DNA of 36,533 nucleotides. Origin: Patescibacteria group bacterium. Its GTDB lineage: Bacteria > Patescibacteriota > Gracilibacteria > UBA1369. Under the pieces are notes generated by a model. That model ran no database searches. It was given only the letters and a program-made list of their open reading frames with translations, and had not been told where the DNA came from. The stretch lies in assembly GCA_018825335.1 (NCBI GenBank), contig JAHJEW010000098.1, positions 1 to 36,533 on the forward strand, written 5' to 3'. The translations under genes were made by a program, and so were the position numbers. This document shows, one piece after another, positions 8,857-19,401 of this stretch. The stretch's first letter is position 1; every line of letters starts with the position of its first letter.

Positions 8857-11526
8857 TTATGTTGTTGATTGCGGTTCTTCCGTAGTTTGCGGCTGGACTT
8901 TTGCAATTCCCTCTTTAAGGAGGTTGCCGAATTCCGCGTAGTTTGTAAGGTGGACGCCGTAGTCGGTTTTACTTGTGCCTACAAGATCGGGGCGGAGTTT
9001 GCCGGGAGTATTTTGGTCCTGGAAGACCTGATGGGTTTGAATTACTTCGTCCGGGCCTTCCGGTGTACCGGCCTGTTTTTTGATCCAGTCATTAAGTGCT
9101 GTCCATTTTTGGATGAGTTCATTTTCAAAATCTTCCGCGCTTTTGAGATTACTGTGCTTTTCGGCCCACGTTGCGCCCCATTTCTTTGAATATGATGAGT
9201 AAGCGAGCGGAGGAAGAGTTGAAGCAATGACTTTCATGCCTGCGGCTTTTGCCATTTTGTAGATTTTGGTCAGGTTTTCCTGTGTTTTTTCAATGGATAA
9301 GGGGTTCTGAGGGTCGCGACCAAACAGGTCGTTGCTGCCGCCGATAATAACCAGTGTGGCGCCGCGACAATCGTGAGATTTGGTCATTTTTTCAAAGGTA
9401 TGAACCATGGTGGAGGTAAGCTGACCGACAGATGGCTCTTTTTTTTGCGCTTCGGTTGCGTTTGGTCCAAGTTCAGGGTGAACGTGGGTAACGTCCATTC
9501 CTTTAAGCTGCGGGACGAAACCGTGGGAAAGCGAGTCCCCTATTACGAAAACTTTGCCGGTAGGTTTGATTTCTATTTGCTCCTGCGGGGTTTCGGATGC
9601 GGGGGCGGGTTCCGGCGGTTGTGGCTGTGATTCGGATTGGTATGATGGTGCGTAGGAAGGCGCCGGGGCGTAGGAGGTTTGTTGAGCTGGCGCGGCGGAG
9701 GGGCCGTAGCTACCGGATGGAGCTTGTGGCGCAGCTTCTTCCGTTGGGGCAGCGGAGGGTCTGCCGGCTGCCGCTATTTCGGTAGGGGCGATGTATGGCC
9801 GCGGGCCGCTTTGCGGGTGTTTTCTCTGGTATTCGCTGATTTCTTCCCTGGCCCAGTCGGGCACTTGGTACCTGCACTCCGGCCCGCGGGCTTGAGCGCT
9901 GAAAAGCGCTTTTCTAATATCTGCATAATCCGGGTTTGAAAGAACCTCGCTTAATTTGACGGGATTGCCGTCAATTATTGTGTCACCAATAAGGTCCGTT
10001 CCCTGCGCATAATCGTACCAACCGGGTTCGTGGGCGTGATCCCCAACTCCCTGAACAAAATCCCCAGACTGCGCCTTTCTATTTAATGATTCTTGTGAAT
10101 CCCGGCCTGGAGACGCGTGTATTCCTCCTCCAAAAATTATTTTTGTTGGATTGGGCGTATCCGGCATAAAGACGGTTTTGCGATGTCCAATTGTAAAATC
10201 GTCCGGCTTGATTCCGTTTTCCTGTAGCCAATTGAAGTACATTTCGCTTTCGGCGCGCGCGTAGGGCGCGGACTGCATTGCAGTTCCGTCTACGATGGTT
10301 TTGTCGCCTTGCTTTATTTCAAATGGTAATGCTCCTCCGGGATAATTTGCAGCTTTATCCTGTATTCGCGTGCCGTACCAGAACGGGGCTTTTTTGACGT
10401 TTGGATCGTTGTACAGGTGTCCGTAAAACTCGGAAGTTGGTAGATTGCCACCAAGGATATCGGCTATAGTCTGTGACATTTCGCCGTCCATTGATACGAT
10501 TGTTTCGTCGCCCGGAACCCCGAATCGGACCATGCCGTATAGCGGAATTTTGACCTCTTTGCCATTTACGGTGGTTGTATAGATTTTCGGCTTCATGCTG
10601 TCCGGAGAAAATGCTCCGGCAAGAGCCTGGCTTAGTATTAACCTCCTTTTTTCTTCGGGTGTTTGGCATTGTCTAAGAGCTTCATTGAACTGTGAACCGG
10701 TCATTGCCAGATCCGGATTTCTGCTTGGCCAATTGAGGCCGTAATCAGGAGTTTCTCCCGTCTTCTCCAGGTCACTGATTACTTCTTCGATCTTCTTTGG
10801 CCCTCCAATCGTGGAAAGCGCAACGTTTTTTGTCAGGCTTGCGCCGGTAAGTTTTTCCGCGTGCTCGATGATTTTTTTAACTGTTTCCGGGTCGTCCAAT
10901 TCTTTGGAATGATCCGCGCCCGGCGTTTCGTTTTGCATTATTAGTACAACCGGCTCGCCGTTTTTGCGCATCTGCTCAACGTATTCCAGCATTTTGGCGT
11001 TTTCGGGGTTGCTATCATCGGATGCGCTGCCGGGGGCGCGTTTCAGGACGATTACTTTTGGCTGTTTTTTTTGACCTTTTTCGTCCAGATATTTTTTATC
11101 GGCAAGGTCGGGCATGTTGATCTGGACTTCACTTTTTAGGCCTTTACCCTCAAGTCCCGGAACAGCGTCGAGTTTGTAGAACTGGCATTTTTCACCTTTC
11201 TTTTCGAATTGCTGTTCGATTTTCTGTTCGTATTTGCTTAACTCCTGTTCTTTTTTTCTTTTTTCTTCGGCTTTGCGCTTTTCTTCCTCGATTCTTTTTT
11301 GTTCTTCGGCACGGCGTTTGGCGGCCTGCGCCTGGCGTTGTTTTTCGGCGGCCAGGTTTTCCGCGTCAATCGGGACACCTGTCTGCCCCGGTTTTTCTTT
11401 GTCTTCAGGCTTTTCCTTTGTTTCCGGCTTCTCGGCACCACCGAAGTCCGGGATTTTGCCGTAGTGACAAAAGCTTCCAGACAGCAGGAAATTCTTTCGG
11501 CTGAGTTTTGGACAAGATAATTTCAT
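8857..11526 (-). CDS. large multidomain protein: charged coiled coil, uncharacterised central domain, Pro/Ala/Ser linker, C-terminal SGNH/GDSL hydrolase
   Basis: 889-aa ORF. VFVIGDSLS (block I), IIGGSNDL (block III) and DYGVHL (block V-like) define the SGNH domain. Confidence 0.75.
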   Translation of the reverse strand: MKLSCPKLSRKNFLLSGSFCHYGKIPDFGGAEKPETKEKPEDKEKPGQTGVPIDAENLAAEKQRQAQAAKRRAEEQKRIEEEKRKAEEKRKKEQELSKYEQKIEQQFEKKGEKCQFYKLDAVPGLEGKGLKSEVQINMPDLADKKYLDEKGQKKQPKVIVLKRAPGSASDDSNPENAKMLEYVEQMRKNGEPVVLIMQNETPGADHSKELDDPETVKKIIEHAEKLTGASLTKNVALSTIGGPKKIEEVISDLEKTGETPDYGLNWPSRNPDLAMTGSQFNEALRQCQTPEEKRRLILSQALAGAFSPDSMKPKIYTTTVNGKEVKIPLYGMVRFGVPGDETIVSMDGEMSQTIADILGGNLPTSEFYGHLYNDPNVKKAPFWYGTRIQDKAANYPGGALPFEIKQGDKTIVDGTAMQSAPYARAESEMYFNWLQENGIKPDDFTIGHRKTVFMPDTPNPTKIIFGGGIHASPGRDSQESLNRKAQSGDFVQGVGDHAHEPGWYDYAQGTDLIGDTIIDGNPVKLSEVLSNPDYADIRKALFSAQARGPECRYQVPDWAREEISEYQRKHPQSGPRPYIAPTEIAAAGRPSAAPTEEAAPQAPSGSYGPSAAPAQQTSYAPAPSYAPSYQSESQPQPPEPAPASETPQEQIEIKPTGKVFVIGDSLSHGFVPQLKGMDVTHVHPELGPNATEAQKKEPSVGQLTSTMVHTFEKMTKSHDCRGATLVIIGGSNDLFGRDPQNPLSIEKTQENLTKIYKMAKAAGMKVIASTLPPLAYSSYSKKWGATWAEKHSNLKSAEDFENELIQKWTALNDWIKKQAGTPEGPDEVIQTHQVFQDQNTPGKLRPDLVGTSKTDYGVHLTNYAEFGNLLKEGIAKVQPQTTEEPQSTT

Positions 11527-11623
11527 ATTAATTTTTGGCGCAGTTAATCTAAATATTTTAGCATGAAATGGGCTTTTTTTGAAGTTGCATTGAATATCTT
11601 TCTAAAAATTGTAGAGTGGCTGT

Positions 11624-14524
11624 ATGAGCGAAATTCTGGAAAATCTTAATCCGGAGCAAAAGGAAGCCGTGTCGCAGACGGAGGGGCCGATGCTGATTGT
11701 TGCCGGAGCTGGAACCGGTAAAACCCGCGTAATTACGGCAAGGATTTTGCATCTTTTGATCGACAAAAAAGTGCCATCGTCCCAGATTCTGGCGCTTACA
11801 TTTACGGAAAAAGCCACCAACGAGATGCTTGAAAGGGTGGATCAGGGAATGCCGCTTTCTTACGAGGAAGTTACGATAAAGACTTTTCACGGGTTTTGCG
11901 ACATGATTTTGCGTGAAAAGGGTATGGAGATCGGGATCGATCCGGGTTTTAGGCTGCTAAATCAGGCGGATCAATGGCTTCTTATTAAGCGAAATCTTTT
12001 TGCTCTTGATCTGAATCATTATCGGCCGCTGGGCAATCCGGGCAAGTTCATTCATGTTCTTTTGAGCCATTTCAGCCGGCTTAAGGATGAGGATATTAAG
12101 CCCGATGATTATATTCGTTTTGCAGGTCAGATGCTTGATAAAGCCGGCGACGACGCAGAAAAAGAAAATGCCGGTAAAATGCTGGAGGTTGCCAATGCTT
12201 ACGCCGCTTATCAGAACCTGCTTATTGAGAGTAACGGGCTGGATTTTGGCGATTTGCAGTTCTATGCGCTCCGTCTTCTGGAAAAAAGGCCATCTGTTTT
12301 GCGGGAGCTTCGTGAACGTTACAAGTACATTCTTGTAGATGAATTTCAGGATACGAATTTTGCGCAGAATAAACTGGTTATGCTGCTTGCGAGGGAGCAT
12401 ACGAATATAACGGTTGTCGGTGATGACGATCAGTCTATCTATAAGTGGCGCGGCGCTTCTTTAAGCAATATTTTGACGTTTGAAAAAGAGTTTCCGCAGG
12501 CGAAACGTGTTGTTCTGACGCAGAATTACAGGTCGAATCAGGGCATTCTGGACAGCGCTTATCAATCCATACAAAACAATAATCCGGACAGGCTTGAGCA
12601 CAGGGCCTCAATTAGTAAGAGGCTGGTGTCCAGAGTTTTGAGTGAGGGGGCGGATGAGAATCCAGTTGAGGTAAGGCATTTTTCTGATTCGCAGGATGAG
12701 GTGAAATGTGTTTTGGACACGATTAGCGGGTTGGCCAAAGATGGCGTCGCGTACAGCGAAATGGCTATTCTTGTTCGAACCAACGCGCACGCGACGGCTT
12801 TTGTGGACGCGCTTAAAGACGCAGGGATTCCTTTTACGGTGCGTGATACGCAGGGCTTACTACGGTTTGAGGAAATTAAGGATCTTGTTGCGCTGCTGCG
12901 TTTTTTGGTGAGGCCACAGGATGATATTGCTTTTTTCAGGCTGCTCGGTCTGCCGATTTTCGGGATTCCCATGGCTACGGTTCTGCAAATTGTCAATGAG
13001 GCCAGAAATGCGCATTTTACGCCAATATTCTATTATTTGAGAGATCGAATCGTTAACGGGACGCAAAGCAGTTTGCCCGGTCTGGAAGAAACTTCCGGTC
13101 TTGAAAGCGTAATAAGGCTTTGTGACAATCTTCTGAATTTCAGCCGCGACCACGGCGCTTTTCGGGTTATTGGTGAATTCCTGGACGAATCGGGTTACGT
13201 TAAGGCTTTAACAGCGAATGACAGTTTTGAAAACGAGGAGAAGATTCAGCATATTGCACAGTTTTTGGAGCTGGCGCGGGATCTGGAGGCGGACGGTGGG
13301 GATAATTCATTGAGGGTTTTTCTGGATTATATTGATTCTTTACAGGAGGCTCTGGGAACGATCGCGGCGGCTACAACGCCGGAGAATGATGCGGTTTCGA
13401 TGCTGACCGTTCACTCCGCCAAGGGTCTGGAATTCGATTATGTTTTCGTCCCCTGCCTTGTGAAAGAGCGTTTTCCGAGCAGGCCAAAGCGCGATCCCAT
13501 TGAGATTCCGGCAGCTTTGCTTCCTGAAGATATTCCCGAAAAAGAGATGCATTTGCAGGAGGAGCGCAGGCTTTTTTATGTGGCCGCGACGAGAGCCAGG
13601 AAGCGCCTGTTTTTAAGCTATAGCGATTCTTACGAGGGAAACAAGAAATGGAAGATATCGCCTTTTTTGGCGGAGCTTGATGATTTGGCATGTGTCAGAT
13701 GGACGGATTCTCTTCGTGATGCAGTTTCCGGAGATTTGGAAAAGGATGATGCGATAAAGGATGAAAGAGCTTTTGATCGCTGCTCAATGATGCCGGATGT
13801 GAAGATTTATCAATTAAGCTACAGCAAACTGGACACTTTTAATACGTGTCCGCTGAAGTATAAATTCCGATATCATTATAAAATTCCATCCCCTTCCGCC
13901 CATGCGGCAAATTTCGGGTCGAGCGTGCACAATACCGTAAATAAATTTTACGAGGAGGTTATGGCGGGCGCTCCGCCCAATTCCGGGCGGCTGAAAGAGC
14001 TTTTTGAGTCTAACTGGATTGGCATCGGCTATGAAAGCAGAGGGCATGAACTTGCCAGGAAAAAACATGGAATCGAGGTCATGGAAAAGTTTTTCGAAAA
14101 AGAAAAACAGCACGGGTTTAAAGCGCCGGCCATGCTGGAAAAGCCTTTCCGGCTTAGAATCGGCGACGTGATTTTTATGGGGCGTATCGACCGCATAGAT
14201 AAGCTTCCCGATGGTACCTACGAGGTTATTGATTATAAAACCGGCAAAGCCAAATCGGCCAATGATGTTAAGAAGGATCTTCAGCTTTCGCTGTACGCGC
14301 TGGCGTGCAGCGATATTTTCAAGATTCCGGTTTCAGCGTTAAGTCTTTATTTTCTTGAAGATGCGGTGAAGGTTTCCACCACCAGGCCGGAAGAAAATTT
14401 TGATGCCATCAGGGAGGACATATTGCAAAAGGTTAAGTCGCTGCGCGAATCCGATCTGGCACCCACACCCGGTTTCCATTGCGGTTTCTGCGAGTTTGGC
14501 ATTCTCTGCCATCGTGCGATTTAG
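11624..14524 (+). CDS. UvrD/PcrA-family helicase fused to a C-terminal PD-(D/E)XK nuclease (AdnAB/AddA-like)
   Basis: AGAGTGKT, VDEFQD, VGDDDQSIY.WRGA, TVHSAKGLEF, EERRLFYVAATRA. C-terminal GRIDRID...IDYKTG with Cys pattern CP...CxxC...C. Confidence 0.9.
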   Translation: MSEILENLNPEQKEAVSQTEGPMLIVAGAGTGKTRVITARILHLLIDKKVPSSQILALTFTEKATNEMLERVDQGMPLSYEEVTIKTFHGFCDMILREKGMEIGIDPGFRLLNQADQWLLIKRNLFALDLNHYRPLGNPGKFIHVLLSHFSRLKDEDIKPDDYIRFAGQMLDKAGDDAEKENAGKMLEVANAYAAYQNLLIESNGLDFGDLQFYALRLLEKRPSVLRELRERYKYILVDEFQDTNFAQNKLVMLLAREHTNITVVGDDDQSIYKWRGASLSNILTFEKEFPQAKRVVLTQNYRSNQGILDSAYQSIQNNNPDRLEHRASISKRLVSRVLSEGADENPVEVRHFSDSQDEVKCVLDTISGLAKDGVAYSEMAILVRTNAHATAFVDALKDAGIPFTVRDTQGLLRFEEIKDLVALLRFLVRPQDDIAFFRLLGLPIFGIPMATVLQIVNEARNAHFTPIFYYLRDRIVNGTQSSLPGLEETSGLESVIRLCDNLLNFSRDHGAFRVIGEFLDESGYVKALTANDSFENEEKIQHIAQFLELARDLEADGGDNSLRVFLDYIDSLQEALGTIAAATTPENDAVSMLTVHSAKGLEFDYVFVPCLVKERFPSRPKRDPIEIPAALLPEDIPEKEMHLQEERRLFYVAATRARKRLFLSYSDSYEGNKKWKISPFLAELDDLACVRWTDSLRDAVSGDLEKDDAIKDERAFDRCSMMPDVKIYQLSYSKLDTFNTCPLKYKFRYHYKIPSPSAHAANFGSSVHNTVNKFYEEVMAGAPPNSGRLKELFESNWIGIGYESRGHELARKKHGIEVMEKFFEKEKQHGFKAPAMLEKPFRLRIGDVIFMGRIDRIDKLPDGTYEVIDYKTGKAKSANDVKKDLQLSLYALACSDIFKIPVSALSLYFLEDAVKVSTTRPEENFDAIREDILQKVKSLRESDLAPTPGFHCGFCEFGILCHRAI

Positions 14525-14526
14525 CA

Positions 14527-14555
14527 TTGACGGTGAGCATACGCTCACCTATACT
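14527..14555 (+). promoter_or_regulatory. sigma70 promoter for rmuC with a palindrome filling the spacer
   Basis: TTGACG-N17-TATACT; GGTGAGC-atac-GCTCACC at 14532-14549. Confidence 0.65.
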
Positions 14556-14584
14556 ACCTTCAAATAATATCTTAAAATTCAGGT

Positions 14585-15688
14585 ATGGATCTACTTCTTA
14601 CAATTCTCGGTTTTGCGCTTCTGGCTGCGATTTTCTATATGATTCATCTGATGCGCGCCGGCAGGACGCCAAAAGATGACACTTCCCAGAAGTTAATGCT
14701 GGATGTTGTCGAAAATCTTAGAAAATCTATTGTTGAAAACGATGCCAGAAGCCAAAAAAGCATACAGGAGAGGTTCGACTCCATTACGGAGTCAATGAAC
14801 AAGCAGCAGCACAGATCTTTCGAGACGATTCAGAAACAGTTCGGACAAAGCGCGAAAATTATTGAAGAAGTAACAAAAAAACTGACAAAGCTGGATGAGA
14901 CCAATAAGCAGGTTGTCGGGTTTGCTGAACAAATGAAAAGTCTGGAAAATATTTTAAAGAATCCAAAGCACAGGGGCATTTTGGGCGAGTATTTTCTTGA
15001 ATCGATGTTAAGCTCGATTTTGCCTCCCGGGATGTATCAGATGCAATATAAGTTTTTGAACGGTGAAATTGTTGACGCGGTGATTTTCCTTAAGGATCAG
15101 CTCATTCCCATTGATTCCAAGTTTTCCCTGGAAAAGTTTAACGCGATAATGCAGGAGACTGATGCTGAAAAGCGTGAACGGCTTGAAAAAGATTTTAGAA
15201 GTGATGTTAAGAAACGCATTGATGAGACGTCGAAATACGTGAGGCCGGAGGAAAAAACGATGGAATTTGCGTTTATGTACATTCCGGCGGAGGGTGTTTA
15301 TCACAATCTGCTCGGGAATACGGTTGGTGCCACGGTCAACTCGCAGAATTTGATAGAGTATGCTTTCGCGAAGAGGGTGATTATTGTTTCGCCTTCCTCT
15401 TTTGTGGCTTATTTGCAGACTGTTCTGCAGGGACTGAATCAGATGAAAATGGAGGAGGGATTTAAGGAAATACAAAAAAACGTGATTCAACTTGCCAATC
15501 ATTTGAAATCGCACCAGGAAAAATTGCAAAAAATGGGCGGCCATCTTGCAACCACGGTTTCAATGTACAACCAGTCGTTTAAGGAGTTTAAAAAGATCGA
15601 CAAAGATGTGTATCGAATTACCGATGGCCGCGCGGGCGGAGATGTTAAGGAAGTTTTGTCTTTGGATAAGCCAATGGAAGAGGCTTGA
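14585..15688 (+). CDS. rmuC: DNA recombination protein RmuC
   Basis: N-terminal TM helix and coiled coil; RG.LGE..LE, IPIDSKF, FAFMYIPAEGVY, VIIVSPSS. Confidence 0.92.
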   Translation: MDLLLTILGFALLAAIFYMIHLMRAGRTPKDDTSQKLMLDVVENLRKSIVENDARSQKSIQERFDSITESMNKQQHRSFETIQKQFGQSAKIIEEVTKKLTKLDETNKQVVGFAEQMKSLENILKNPKHRGILGEYFLESMLSSILPPGMYQMQYKFLNGEIVDAVIFLKDQLIPIDSKFSLEKFNAIMQETDAEKRERLEKDFRSDVKKRIDETSKYVRPEEKTMEFAFMYIPAEGVYHNLLGNTVGATVNSQNLIEYAFAKRVIIVSPSSFVAYLQTVLQGLNQMKMEEGFKEIQKNVIQLANHLKSHQEKLQKMGGHLATTVSMYNQSFKEFKKIDKDVYRITDGRAGGDVKEVLSLDKPMEEA

Positions 15689-15704
15689 TTTTCCTTCTTC
15701 TTTG

Positions 15705-15733
15705 TTGACTTTTGATATTTTTTTCCATAAACT
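15705..15733 (+). promoter_or_regulatory. sigma70 promoter for infB
   Basis: TTGACT-N17-TAAACT. Confidence 0.65.
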
Positions 15734-15770
15734 GCATACGCTTTTTTAGCGTATAATAGACAAATTCATC

Positions 15771-17882
15771 GTGCCCAGAAAATCGGTTCCTAAAAAAAAG
15801 ACCACGACCGCTATAAAAAGATCCACTGCCAAAAAAGTGGATTCTTCAGCCAGGAAATCGTCCACTAAGAAAGATAACGTAAAGAAGACGCCGCCAAAGA
15901 AGATTACTGTAAAGAAGGAGACCGTGAGTCCGGAAGCTCCAACCGATGCGGAACTTTTCGGGCAGTTGGATGAAAAACCGCAGGACAAAGCGCAGTATTA
16001 CGACGAGCTGATCTCCAAGGAAATGGAACGGGAAATTATTAAGAGTCAGCGCAAACAGACCGCAGGCAAAGACACCGGAAAGAAGAAAAAAGAGGTTGTG
16101 GCCGCAAAGGGACCTATCACCGACCGGACGGTTGAACTTCCGGAGGTAATCAGCGTAAAGGAGTTTTCGGAGAAGACCGGTATAGGGCCGGCAAAGGTGA
16201 TCGGGGAATTGATGAAGAATGGGATTCTGGCCAATATAAACCAACAGATCGATTTTGACACCGCGCATATTATTGCATCCGATCTTGGTGTTTCTGTAAA
16301 GAAGAAACAGATAGAGGCGTCCGCCGAAGATGTGTTTAAGGGCAATCTTCAGGCTCTTTTGAAGGAGGAGGATCCGGCCAATCTGCATGAAAGGCCGCCG
16401 ATTGTGGTTGTTATGGGGCATGTTGACCACGGGAAGACTTCCCTCCTTGATTATATCCGCGAATCCAGTGTTGTAGCCGGTGAGTCCGGTGGTATAACGC
16501 AGCATATCGGGGCTTATCAGGTTGAAAAAAATAACAGAAAAATAACTTTTTTAGATACACCGGGACATGAAGCTTTTACAGCCATGAGAGCGCGCGGCGC
16601 CAAAGTTACGGACATAGCAATTCTTGTGGTTGCCGCGGATGAAGGTGTTAAACCGCAGACAATAGAGGCGATTCAGCACGCGCAGGAGGCCGGCGTTCCG
16701 ATCATTGTTGCAATTAATAAGATTGATAAAGAAGGTGCCGACCCGGACAGGGTAAAGGGCGAGCTTGGTGAATACAACCTGATCCCGGAAGAGTGGGGCG
16801 GCAAAACGATTATGGTATCCGTTTCGGCTAAGAACGGTCAGGGGATGCAGCAGCTTCTGGATATGATTTTACTTGTGGCGGATATGGAGAATTTAAAAGC
16901 AAATCCGGGAAGGGCGGCGGTCGGGACTGTGATTGAAGCCCATTTGGACAAGAGTCTGGGACCGATAGCAACGGTGGTTGTGAACAGCGGCACTCTGCAC
17001 ATAATGGACAATATCGTGGTTGGTAGCACTTATGGCAGGGTAAAAGTAATGAAGGATTATACCGGTAAAAACATACGTAAAGCGGAGCCTTCGATGCCTG
17101 TTTTAATAGCCGGACTTGAGAGAGCGCCGCAAAGCGGTGATATTTTTCAGGTTGTGGCGGACGAAAAAATTGCGCGCACGCAGGCGCAAAGCGTACACAC
17201 GCTGCGGGAAGCCGAAATGCTGGCCCGGCGCGGCGTCGGTGAGATTATTTCCCAGATCAGTTCCGGCCAGTTAAAGCAGCTGAAGCTTGTTTTGAAGGCC
17301 GATGCAAAAGGGTCTTTGGAAGCCATCAAAGAGTCGATTGCAGACATAAAAAATGAGGATGTGGGCGTCAAGATAATTCTTTCCGGAGTAGGTAACATCA
17401 CCGAGTCCGATGTGATGATGGCAGCGGCCGCCGGTGGGATTGTGATGGGTTTTCACACGGTTGTTAATCCGCAGGTAAAACGCGTGGCCGAACGGGAAAA
17501 CGTGGAGGTTTTATCGTATACGATTATTTATAAATTGCTGGAAGATATACGTAAAATTTTAACGGGTATGCTTGAGCCGGAAGTTGTGGAGATTATTCTG
17601 GGCAGGGCCCAGGTCAAGCAGATTTTCCTGACAAAAAAGAAAGATATGATTGTTGGATGCAAAGTAATCTCCGGCCATATAGAGAAAGTAAAAGTGCGAA
17701 TTTTCCGCGATGATAAATTAATCGGTGAAGGAAAAATCAATTCACTTAAGAAGGTTGATGAGAGCGTTCATGAGGTTGCGGAATATCAGGATTGCGGAAT
17801 CATGTTTTCCGGAGATTTTCCGCTTGAGGAAGGCGATATTCTGGAGGCGTACAAAATGGAAAAACGTGTCCGCACTCTTTAA
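15771..17882 (+). CDS. infB: translation initiation factor IF-2
   Basis: [45 protein letters not shown] start and Lys-rich N-terminus. Confidence 0.97.
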   Translation: MPRKSVPKKKTTTAIKRSTAKKVDSSARKSSTKKDNVKKTPPKKITVKKETVSPEAPTDAELFGQLDEKPQDKAQYYDELISKEMEREIIKSQRKQTAGKDTGKKKKEVVAAKGPITDRTVELPEVISVKEFSEKTGIGPAKVIGELMKNGILANINQQIDFDTAHIIASDLGVSVKKKQIEASAEDVFKGNLQALLKEEDPANLHERPPIVVVMGHVDHGKTSLLDYIRESSVVAGESGGITQHIGAYQVEKNNRKITFLDTPGHEAFTAMRARGAKVTDIAILVVAADEGVKPQTIEAIQHAQEAGVPIIVAINKIDKEGADPDRVKGELGEYNLIPEEWGGKTIMVSVSAKNGQGMQQLLDMILLVADMENLKANPGRAAVGTVIEAHLDKSLGPIATVVVNSGTLHIMDNIVVGSTYGRVKVMKDYTGKNIRKAEPSMPVLIAGLERAPQSGDIFQVVADEKIARTQAQSVHTLREAEMLARRGVGEIISQISSGQLKQLKLVLKADAKGSLEAIKESIADIKNEDVGVKIILSGVGNITESDVMMAAAAGGIVMGFHTVVNPQVKRVAERENVEVLSYTIIYKLLEDIRKILTGMLEPEVVEIILGRAQVKQIFLTKKKDMIVGCKVISGHIEKVKVRIFRDDKLIGEGKINSLKKVDESVHEVAEYQDCGIMFSGDFPLEEGDILEAYKMEKRVRTL

Positions 17883-17900
17883 ACTTTGGTACTAAATTTA

Positions 17901-18296
17901 ATGGAAAAAATTAAACGTATTAAACTTCCGACACACAAGGATGAGCGAGGCCAGCTTAGCGTGGTGGAGTTTGATAGTTACGTGGACTGGGTTCCAAAAC
18001 GGATTTATTACGTGACCGATGTAAAGATGGATCGAGGGGGGCATGCGGTGCGCGGTGAGAAGAAAATATATATTTGTGTACAGGGCGCAATCACCGCAAG
18101 GCTTCATGACGGCGTAAGATGGAATCAGTATATGCTTCATGGCCCGGATGACGCGCTGATTATGAACGAAATGTGCTGGAGAGAATTTTCGAATTTTTCG
18201 CAGGGCGCGGTATTGCTGGCGATTTCCAGCACGAACTATGACAAAGACAAGTATATATTTGACATGGATCAGTTTTTACGCGAGAGTAAGGGCTAA
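17901..18296 (+). CDS. FdtA/QdtA (WxcM-like) cupin, dTDP-sugar isomerase family
   Basis: D.RG.L.VVE, KRIYY, RGGHA, WRE..NFS.GAVLL...S..YD..YI. ATG at 17901 preferred. Confidence 0.8.
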   Translation: MEKIKRIKLPTHKDERGQLSVVEFDSYVDWVPKRIYYVTDVKMDRGGHAVRGEKKIYICVQGAITARLHDGVRWNQYMLHGPDDALIMNEMCWREFSNFSQGAVLLAISSTNYDKDKYIFDMDQFLRESKG

Positions 18297-18322
18297 AATG
18301 ATTATTTCACTTTGGTTTAGAT

Positions 18323-19390
18323 ATGCGGCAACATGCAAATTTAAAGAATGAAAATGGAAGGAAGGTGCTTGTAACAGGTGGTGCCGGATTTATCGGATCC
18401 AACTATGTGCATTATCATCATGAAAAATATCCGAACGACAGGATTTATGTTCTGGATAAGCTGACCTACGCTGGAAATTTGAACAACATTAAGAGTTTGC
18501 TTGACGTTAATGAGGTTGTTTTCGTGGAGGGCGATATTGCCGACCTGAAGTTTGTAAATGGCCTGTTTAAGCGGGAAATGTTTGACGTTGTCATAAACTT
18601 TGCGGCGGAGACGCACGTGGACAGGAGCATTATTGATCCGCATATTTTTGTGCAGACAAATGTGATCGGCACGCATAATCTTCTTCTCGCGTCGCGGGAT
18701 AATGCGGTAAAGAGGTATCATCAAATTTCAACCGACGAGGTGTACGGAGATCTGGGTAGCGGAAGCAAAGATTATTTCACGGAATCCACCCCCATCAATC
18801 CGAACTGCCCTTACGCCGCTTCCAAAGCGGGTGCGGACCTTCTTGTGATGTCTTATTTCGAGACTTACGGAATGCCGGTAACCATAAGCCGGTGCTCAAA
18901 TAATTACGGCCCGTACCAGTTTCCGGAAAAACTGATTCCGTTCTTTTTCAACCTGGCGCAGCAGGGTAGGCCGCTGCCGATTTACGGAGACGGGCAGAAT
19001 GTTCGCGACTGGCTATATGTGGTGGATCATTGCCGCGCGATAGATATGATTGTGCAGAGCGGTAAATACGGTGAGATTTATAACATCGGAGGGCATAATG
19101 AATTTACCAACTTGGAAATAACGAGATGCATTTTAAGATTTTTGGGGAAGAGTGAGGATTTGATAACTTTTGTGGAGGATAGAAGGGCGCACGACAGAAG
19201 GTATGCAATGGATCCGTCGAAGATTGAGCGCGAGCTTGGGTGGGCGCCGAGCGTGACTTTTGAAGAAGGGATAAAGAAAACTTTTGAATGGTACGGGCAA
19301 AACAGCGCATGGGTTTCAGATATTGTTGGGCGCCTGGAGATTCCGCAATTCAAGGTCTGGAGCAAAACGCCACAGGCCACAACAAGATAA
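18323..19390 (+). CDS. rfbB: dTDP-glucose 4,6-dehydratase
   Basis: VTGGAGFIGSN, DKLTYAGN, AAETHVDRSI, STDEVYG, YAASK, NNYGPYQFPEKLIP. Confidence 0.96.
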   Translation: MRQHANLKNENGRKVLVTGGAGFIGSNYVHYHHEKYPNDRIYVLDKLTYAGNLNNIKSLLDVNEVVFVEGDIADLKFVNGLFKREMFDVVINFAAETHVDRSIIDPHIFVQTNVIGTHNLLLASRDNAVKRYHQISTDEVYGDLGSGSKDYFTESTPINPNCPYAASKAGADLLVMSYFETYGMPVTISRCSNNYGPYQFPEKLIPFFFNLAQQGRPLPIYGDGQNVRDWLYVVDHCRAIDMIVQSGKYGEIYNIGGHNEFTNLEITRCILRFLGKSEDLITFVEDRRAHDRRYAMDPSKIERELGWAPSVTFEEGIKKTFEWYGQNSAWVSDIVGRLEIPQFKVWSKTPQATTR

Positions 19391-19401
19391 ACCAAACAAA
19401 T

